A stretch of DNA of 15,744 nucleotides from Octopus sinensis (taxonomy: Eukaryota), in contig NC_006353.1 of NCBI RefSeq assembly GCF_006345805.1, positions 1 to 15,744 of the forward strand. Direction: 5' to 3'. This document shows positions 11,060 through 15,744 of this stretch, in pieces (positions within the stretch are counted from its first letter, which is position 1; every line of letters begins with the position of its first letter). The notes under the pieces are model-generated. The model was not told the origin of the DNA. It worked only from the letters and a program-made list of their open reading frames with translations, and searched no databases. A program made the translations under genes and the position numbers.

Positions 11060-12001
11060 TTATAAATAAAACATTATTTTACTAAACACTCCAACAAAGA
11101 TTAAAATTATTAATACACATGGTAAATACCTCTTCCAAATTAGATATATCAATAAATCATAACGATATCGAGGATAACTCGCACGAACTCAAATAAATAA
11201 AAATCTTAACAATCCTACAATTAATGATATAGAAAACCCAATAGAAACGCTTAAAAATCCTCCTCCAAAAAATAACACTCCACATAAAAACCTCATAAAT
11301 AAAATATTACTATACTCAGCTATAAATAGCAAAGCAAATCCTACTCCTCCATACTCAACATTAAAACCTGAAACTAACTCTGACTCCCCTTCAGCAAAAT
11401 CAAAAGGAGCTCGATGAGTCTCCGCAATTATCGACACAACCCACATTATAAATATAAAAAAATTAACAAAAAAAATTCAACAAATATACTGATATTTTAA
11501 TAAATTTACTAAACTAATACTTCCCACCAACAACAAACAACTCATTAAAATTAAAGATATCCTAACCTCATAAGAAATTCTTTGAGCAACTGCACGCACA
11601 GACCCTAATAAAGCATACTTAGAATTGGAAAATCAACCGGCACCCATAACACAATAAACACCAATACTAGAAATACATAAAAACATCATCATACTTATCC
11701 CCCCCATCCTTACAAAAAAATATCCATTATATAATATTCACAAAAATAAAGCAAAAAATAAACTTAAAAATGGACAAACTAAAAAGGGAAAATAATTAAC
11801 TAAGGTAGGCTTAATATACTCTTTTCTAAATAATTTAATTGCATCTGATAAAGGTTGAGGTAATCCTATTAAACCTACTTTATTAGGACCTTTACGTAAC
11901 TGAAAATATCTTAATCCTTTTCGCTCCAATAATGTAAAAAAAGCAACCGCCAATAATGCAGAAATACATGCAACCACATACGAAACCAATTCAACAAACA
12001 T
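11060..12001 (-). CDS. nad1: NADH dehydrogenase subunit 1
   Basis: ATG at 12001, TAA at 11062-11060 (942 nt). Motifs [47 protein letters not shown] and [10 protein letters not shown]. Confidence 0.99.
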
Positions 12002-12071
12002 TATTAAGAGAAAATAATAAAAATTTCCATAATAGGATCTTAAATCCTACACACTAATCTGCCATCTTAAT
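12002..12071 (-). tRNA. trnL2: tRNA-Leu (UAA, UUR family)
   Basis: Minus strand: acceptor attaaga/tcttaat, tggcaga D region, anticodon arm tagga-tttaaga-tccta. Confidence 0.94.
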
Positions 12072-12136
12072 ATAAAGTAAAAGTTATACTTTTATAAAAT
12101 AATCCTAAATTATTCACATATTTCTGCCAACTTTAT
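12071..12136 (-). tRNA. trnL1: tRNA-Leu (UAG, CUN family)
   Basis: Minus strand: acceptor ataaagt/actttat, tggcaga D region, anticodon arm aataa-tttagga-ttatt. Confidence 0.94.
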
Positions 12137-13492
12137 CCAATATTTATAAAATTAATTAAAAACAATTAATCATAATCAATCCTTTCGTACTAAATCAAAT
12201 AAAAAAATAATTTAAAAGATAAAAACCAACCTGGTTTTCACCGGTTTGAACTCAGATCATGTAAAATTTTAAAAATCGAACAGATTTACCTAATAAAGCC
12301 TCTACACCTTAAGGTCAATTTTAATCCAACATCGAGGTCGCAATCTCTTTTTTCAATATGAACTCTCAAAAAAAATTACGCTGTTATCCCTATGGTAACT
12401 TATCTTCTAAGCAAAAAACTTGGTTTATTCTTCAACTAAATTTAAAATTAAGGAAGTTAATAAAACACTTTAAATTAATTTTTATTCCTTGATCACCCCA
12501 ACCAAAGTTATTTACAAATAAATCATATATATATACATATATATATCTATATAATAACAAAAGCTCAATAGGGTCTTTTCGTCCCTTTAAATAATTAAAG
12601 CTTTTTCACTATAAAAATTAATTTCTAATAAATAAAATAGAGACAGTTAAATTCTCGTCAAACCATTCATTCTAGCCCCAATTTATAGAGCAAATTATTA
12701 TGCTACCTTAGTACAGTTATAATACCGCAGCTGTTAAATATTAATCACCGAGCAGGCCCAACTCTTCATTAAAAAAACTCAAAGAGACATGTTTTTGATA
12801 AACAGGCGAAATTTATCCTTGCCAAATTCCTTTAATTTACTTTAATATATAAACCTATATTTATATTAATTAACTTTAAATTCAAATACTAAAAATAAAA
12901 CTAATTATATATACCATCCAAAAATACTCATTCTAACATTATATTTCACTTTTTATAATTAAAAGATATTTATCCAACTGCTATAAAGAAAATTTAATAA
13001 TATAAATAACATTAAAAATAACAATAAAGAAAAAATATTAATTCAACTTCAATTAATCATCTTATTATATACATTCTTACAATAATATATGAAGCTTATC
13101 CCCCAATACTTAAACTAAAAAAACTACCAACCATAAATAATTTTTAACTAACACTAAAATGTAAAAATAAATAAACTAGCTATCATACAAATCGAATAGC
13201 ATTTCACTACCATTTACTCTTAAAATAATAACTTTACCACGTTAACTACACATAAAATACTACTAAAACAAATAAATCTTCATATTTCGAGAAAATTATA
13301 TCCATAAAATAATATTATTAAACCATTATGCAAAAGGTACAAAACTTAAATTTTACTATAACTAAATTCACAAAATTCTACATCCTTCTCAGTACATACA
13401 AATAAATATTTCTATACCCATTACTTTAAAATCAAAAACTTTTATCAATACTTCTACTCAAAATAAATATCAAAATAAAAACCCAATCTAAA
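12137..13492 (-). rRNA. rrnL: large subunit (16S) mitochondrial rRNA; ends set by the flanking tRNAs
   Basis: Conserved blocks ccggtttgaactcagatcatgt (12241-12262, 16Sbr-type site), ccaacatcgaggtcgcaa, ttacgctgttatccct and atgtttttgataaacaggcg (12789-12808, 16Sar-type site). Confidence 0.96.
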
Positions 13493-13561
13493 TCAAAAAT
13501 AATTTAAATAAAATTATCCTCTCAACGTAAGTGAGACACATTACAATTATGTTAATTTTTG
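13493..13561 (-). tRNA. trnV: tRNA-Val (UAC)
   Basis: Minus strand: acceptor caaaaat/atttttg, D stem acat/atgt, anticodon arm tctca-cttacgt-tgaga. Confidence 0.94.
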
Positions 13562-14542
13562 TATTATATACTCCTCCAGAAACAATTTCCATTACCTCTA
13601 CTATGTTACGACTTATCTTATTTAAACAACAAGAGTGACGGGCGATATGTACACTTTACAAAACCACATTCAACTACACATACTAATAATCAAGTTTACT
13701 ATCAAGTCCACCTTACTAACAAAATTTAATTTTCATTATCCGGATAAGTAAATAATATAAATTATAGTAGTCCATTAAACCTTCTTTATCAGCTACATTA
13801 TGACTTGACATATAAATCCTAAAATTCAAAAGTCCTTTTATTCTTAAAATATAAACTGCCGACAGCAATATATAAACCGTTATATATATATATATATAAT
13901 TCAAAAAAAAGTAAGTTTAAAATGTGGATTATCAAATTATATTAACAAACTCCCCTAACTGGATATGTAAAACCGCCAAACCTTTTAAGTTTTAAACAAC
14001 AATCAATAACTAACTATCTTAGTCATTTTCATAATACTTAGGTAAACAAAATCAATTTTTACAATAAGAAATAATAGGGTATCTAATCCTAGTTTATTTT
14101 CAAAATTTCAAAGTATTAACAATAAAGAAAAACACAAACAAACAAGCTAATTCTAAAAATTTTACCAAAAAACCAACTATATAATTTTCTTTTAAAAGAA
14201 AATTGTCTTACTTTACTTTAAACCAAAAACTTTTAATCTTAATTATAAGTATAACCGCAGATGCTGGCACAAATTTATCCAATTATAATCTATAATTTCT
14301 ATATAAAACTCTCATCTATTGTATAAATAAATATACTGAAATATCAATTAACATATTAAAAACCACTTAATATTAAATTAAAAGTACCCTTATAATAAAT
14401 ATTAAACTTTACTATAATAAATACAAAATAAATATCAACATAAAAGCGCAATATATATATATATATATATATATATTAAATAAACCTAACATGTATAAAA
14501 TTATAATAATTAAAAACAAAACCAAAGTCAAATTAATATATA
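13562..14542 (-). rRNA. rrnS: small subunit (12S) mitochondrial rRNA; 5' end uncertain
   Basis: Conserved blocks atgttacgacttatct, gtgacgggcgatatgtac, tagggtatctaatcctagttt and taaccgcagatgctggcac (530-loop). A terminal GGAA-loop helix lies near 13574-13600. Confidence 0.95.
14451..14476. repeat. (AT)13 microsatellite
   Basis: Thirteen uninterrupted AT units at 14451-14476. Confidence 0.95.
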
Positions 14543-14610
14543 TAATAAAGAGACAATACAAAATCTATTTTCGAGGTATGAACCCAATAGCTTACTTAGC
14601 TTACTTTATC
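14543..14610 (-). tRNA. trnM: tRNA-Met (CAU)
   Basis: Minus strand: acceptor gataaag/ctttatt, D stem agct/agct, anticodon arm ttggg-ttcatac-ctcga. Confidence 0.94.
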
Positions 14611-14615
14611 AAAAC

Positions 14616-14679
14616 AAGTTTTAACATAAACATGTATCTTTAAATTTGCAATTTAATATTTTAATTAAAATATAAAACC
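14616..14679 (-). tRNA. trnC: tRNA-Cys (GCA)
   Basis: Minus strand: acceptor ggtttta/taaaact, anticodon arm ttaaa-ttgcaaa-tttaa. Confidence 0.93.
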
Positions 14680-14744
14680 ATGAGAAAGTAAACACTTATA
14701 AATAGATTTACAATCTACCGACTAAAAATTTCGACCACCTCACA
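14678..14744 (-). tRNA. trnY: tRNA-Tyr (GUA)
   Basis: Minus strand: acceptor tgtgagg/tctcatg, anticodon arm gtaga-ttgtaaa-tctat. The last 2 nt (GG) are shared with trnC. Confidence 0.93.
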
Positions 14745-14811
14745 CAGAATTTAAATATAATTATCTATTTAAAGTCTTGAAAACTTTTAGTTTAATTTAA
14801 CTTAAAACTCT
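14745..14811 (-). tRNA. trnW: tRNA-Trp (UCA)
   Basis: Minus strand: acceptor agagttt/aaattct, D stem agtt/aact, anticodon arm aaagt-tttcaag-acttt. The UCA anticodon matches TGA=Trp. Confidence 0.94.
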
Positions 14812-14879
14812 TTACAAAAAAAGGACTTGAACCTTTTCCTTAAAGATCAAAACTTTATATGCCCATACACCAAATCATA
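14812..14879 (-). tRNA. trnQ: tRNA-Gln (UUG)
   Basis: Minus strand: D stem gtgt/gcat, anticodon arm taaag-ttttgat-cttta, T arm aaagg-ttcaagt-ccttt. Acceptor is imperfect. Confidence 0.92.
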
Positions 14880-14886
14880 AATAGTC

Positions 14887-14952
14887 TATTTCATTTAAAT
14901 AAATTTAAACCAATTGTTTGGAAAACAATCATACTTCTTATACTAATAAAAC
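14887..14952 (-). tRNA. trnG: tRNA-Gly (UCC)
   Basis: Minus strand: acceptor gttttat/atgaaat, anticodon arm attgt-tttccaa-acaat. Confidence 0.92.
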
Positions 14953-14956
14953 CGAA

Positions 14957-15031
14957 TACTTTTGATAATATACATAATAATTATTATTCCTAAAAATTGA
15001 AAATCTTTCGTGCAAATTACACCACAAAAAT
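14957..15031 (-). tRNA. trnE: tRNA-Glu (UUC)
   Basis: Minus strand: acceptor atttttg/caaaagt, D stem gtgt/gcac, anticodon arm aaaga-ttttcaa-ttttt, enlarged T loop. Confidence 0.92.
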
Positions 15032-15121
15032 ATTAAGATATGTATATAATATACAAGTTGTATAACTCAATATTCTAAAAAACTATATTCCAATAACAAG
15101 ATATTTATATAATTTATTACA

Positions 15122-15268
15122 AAACACAAATAGAATTTATAAAACATAGTTACAAAATAAATCTATACTAATCATTTTTATACTCAAACACAAATAGAAT
15201 TTATAAAACATAGTTACAAAATAAATCTATACTAATCATTTTTATACTCAAACACAATATAATTTATA
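15122..15268. repeat. 64-bp tandem repeat: two identical copies plus a degenerate partial third
   Basis: Unit aaacacaaatagaatttataaaacatagttacaaaataaatctatactaatcatttttatactc at 15122-15185 and 15186-15249, followed by aaacacaatataatttata. Confidence 0.97.
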
Positions 15269-15650
15269 TACCATTAAGAAACTTAATTATTTCTGTGATA
15301 TTTATATAATATTTATATACTACATATAAACAAACAAAGAATTAAGTATATTTATCCTGAGTTACATCCAAGTATAAAAATCAACCACCACAGACCCCAA
15401 TTATCAATTTATAAAATACATAAATATAAATTTACATATTATTTATAACTTTTATTTACAAAAATCGTTAATTTAATAAAAATATTAAAAATATATAGAA
15501 TATTTTAAAGATGCTTATCTCACTTTTAAAAACATCAATTTTTCAAAACCAACGAAGATTTCATGTAATTGTATTAATATATAAATTATTGTATATACTA
15601 TATACATAAAACTAACATTTTTTAAAACACCCTCACCCCCCTCTTTTCTC

Positions 15651-15707
15651 TTGACAAAAATTTGCCCTTTTTGGATCATACATCTAAATTTGTCCAATTT
15701 TTGTCAA
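15651..15707. other. long stem-loop (perfect 12-bp inverted repeat plus inner stem); candidate origin or promoter element
   Basis: ttgacaaaaatt (15651-15662) pairs with aatttttgtcaa (15696-15707). Inner tttggat/atctaaa closes the loop catac. Confidence 0.8.
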
Positions 15708-15744
15708 TATATTAAACTTCTTTTAATAAATATTATTATTATTT

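Larger units (their letters stand above)
15032..15744. promoter_or_regulatory. major non-coding (control) region; putative divergent promoters and replication origin
   Basis: The only long non-genic stretch. It is very AT-rich, lies between the divergent 5' ends of trnE (-) and cox3 (+), and contains a tandem repeat, C-tracts and a long hairpin. Confidence 0.88.

Noticed and set aside
5802-12001. Apparent fragmentation of nad5, nad4, cob, nad6 and nad1 into short ORFs (possible pseudogenes or NUMT)
   Set aside because: The fragments share one frame per gene and break only at TGA, which is Trp in table 5. A tRNA-Trp(UCA) is present and gene lengths are normal.
13716-13904. 62-aa ORF within rrnS (possible MOTS-c/humanin-like peptide)
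   Set aside because: It begins with TTG and the (TA)9 tract, which gives a stop-free YIYI run whose frame would shift with any repeat change. There is no other support.
15122-15268. CRISPR-like or mobile-element reading of the 64-bp repeats
   Set aside because: The copies are head-to-tail with no unique spacers, and there are no cas, transposase or terminal-repeat features. This is an ordinary control-region tandem repeat.

Overview
This window is a complete, apparently circular animal mitochondrial genome linearised at the cox3 start codon. It is very AT-rich, with a G-poor + strand. It uses the invertebrate mitochondrial code (table 5: TGA=Trp, ATA=Met, AGR=Ser), so the supplied ORF track, which stops at TGA, only shows fragments of the real genes. 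All 37 standard genes can be placed by hand: 13 CDS, 22 tRNAs and 2 rRNAs, plus one ~713-nt non-coding control region. Gene order is cox3-K-A-R-N-I-nad3-S1-nad2-cox1-cox2-D-atp8-atp6 (+), then F-nad5-H-nad4-nad4L (-), T (+), and S2-cob-nad6-P-nad1-L2-L1-rrnL-V-rrnS-M-C-Y-W-Q-G-E (-), then the control region. This order and the protein sequences point to an octopod cephalopod. From memory the length fits the Octopus vulgaris/O. sinensis mitogenome, but that needs a BLAST check. I see no clear novel genetic system. The best leads concern RNA processing and the control region: atp6 lacks a stop at its expected end, trnY and trnC overlap by 2 nt (predicting 3' editing), two CDS junctions have an in-frame T directly before the next ATG, a degenerate tRNA-like cloverleaf sits next to trnE, and the control region holds a 64-bp tandem repeat, a G-tract plus long hairpin, and a 75-codon ORF.
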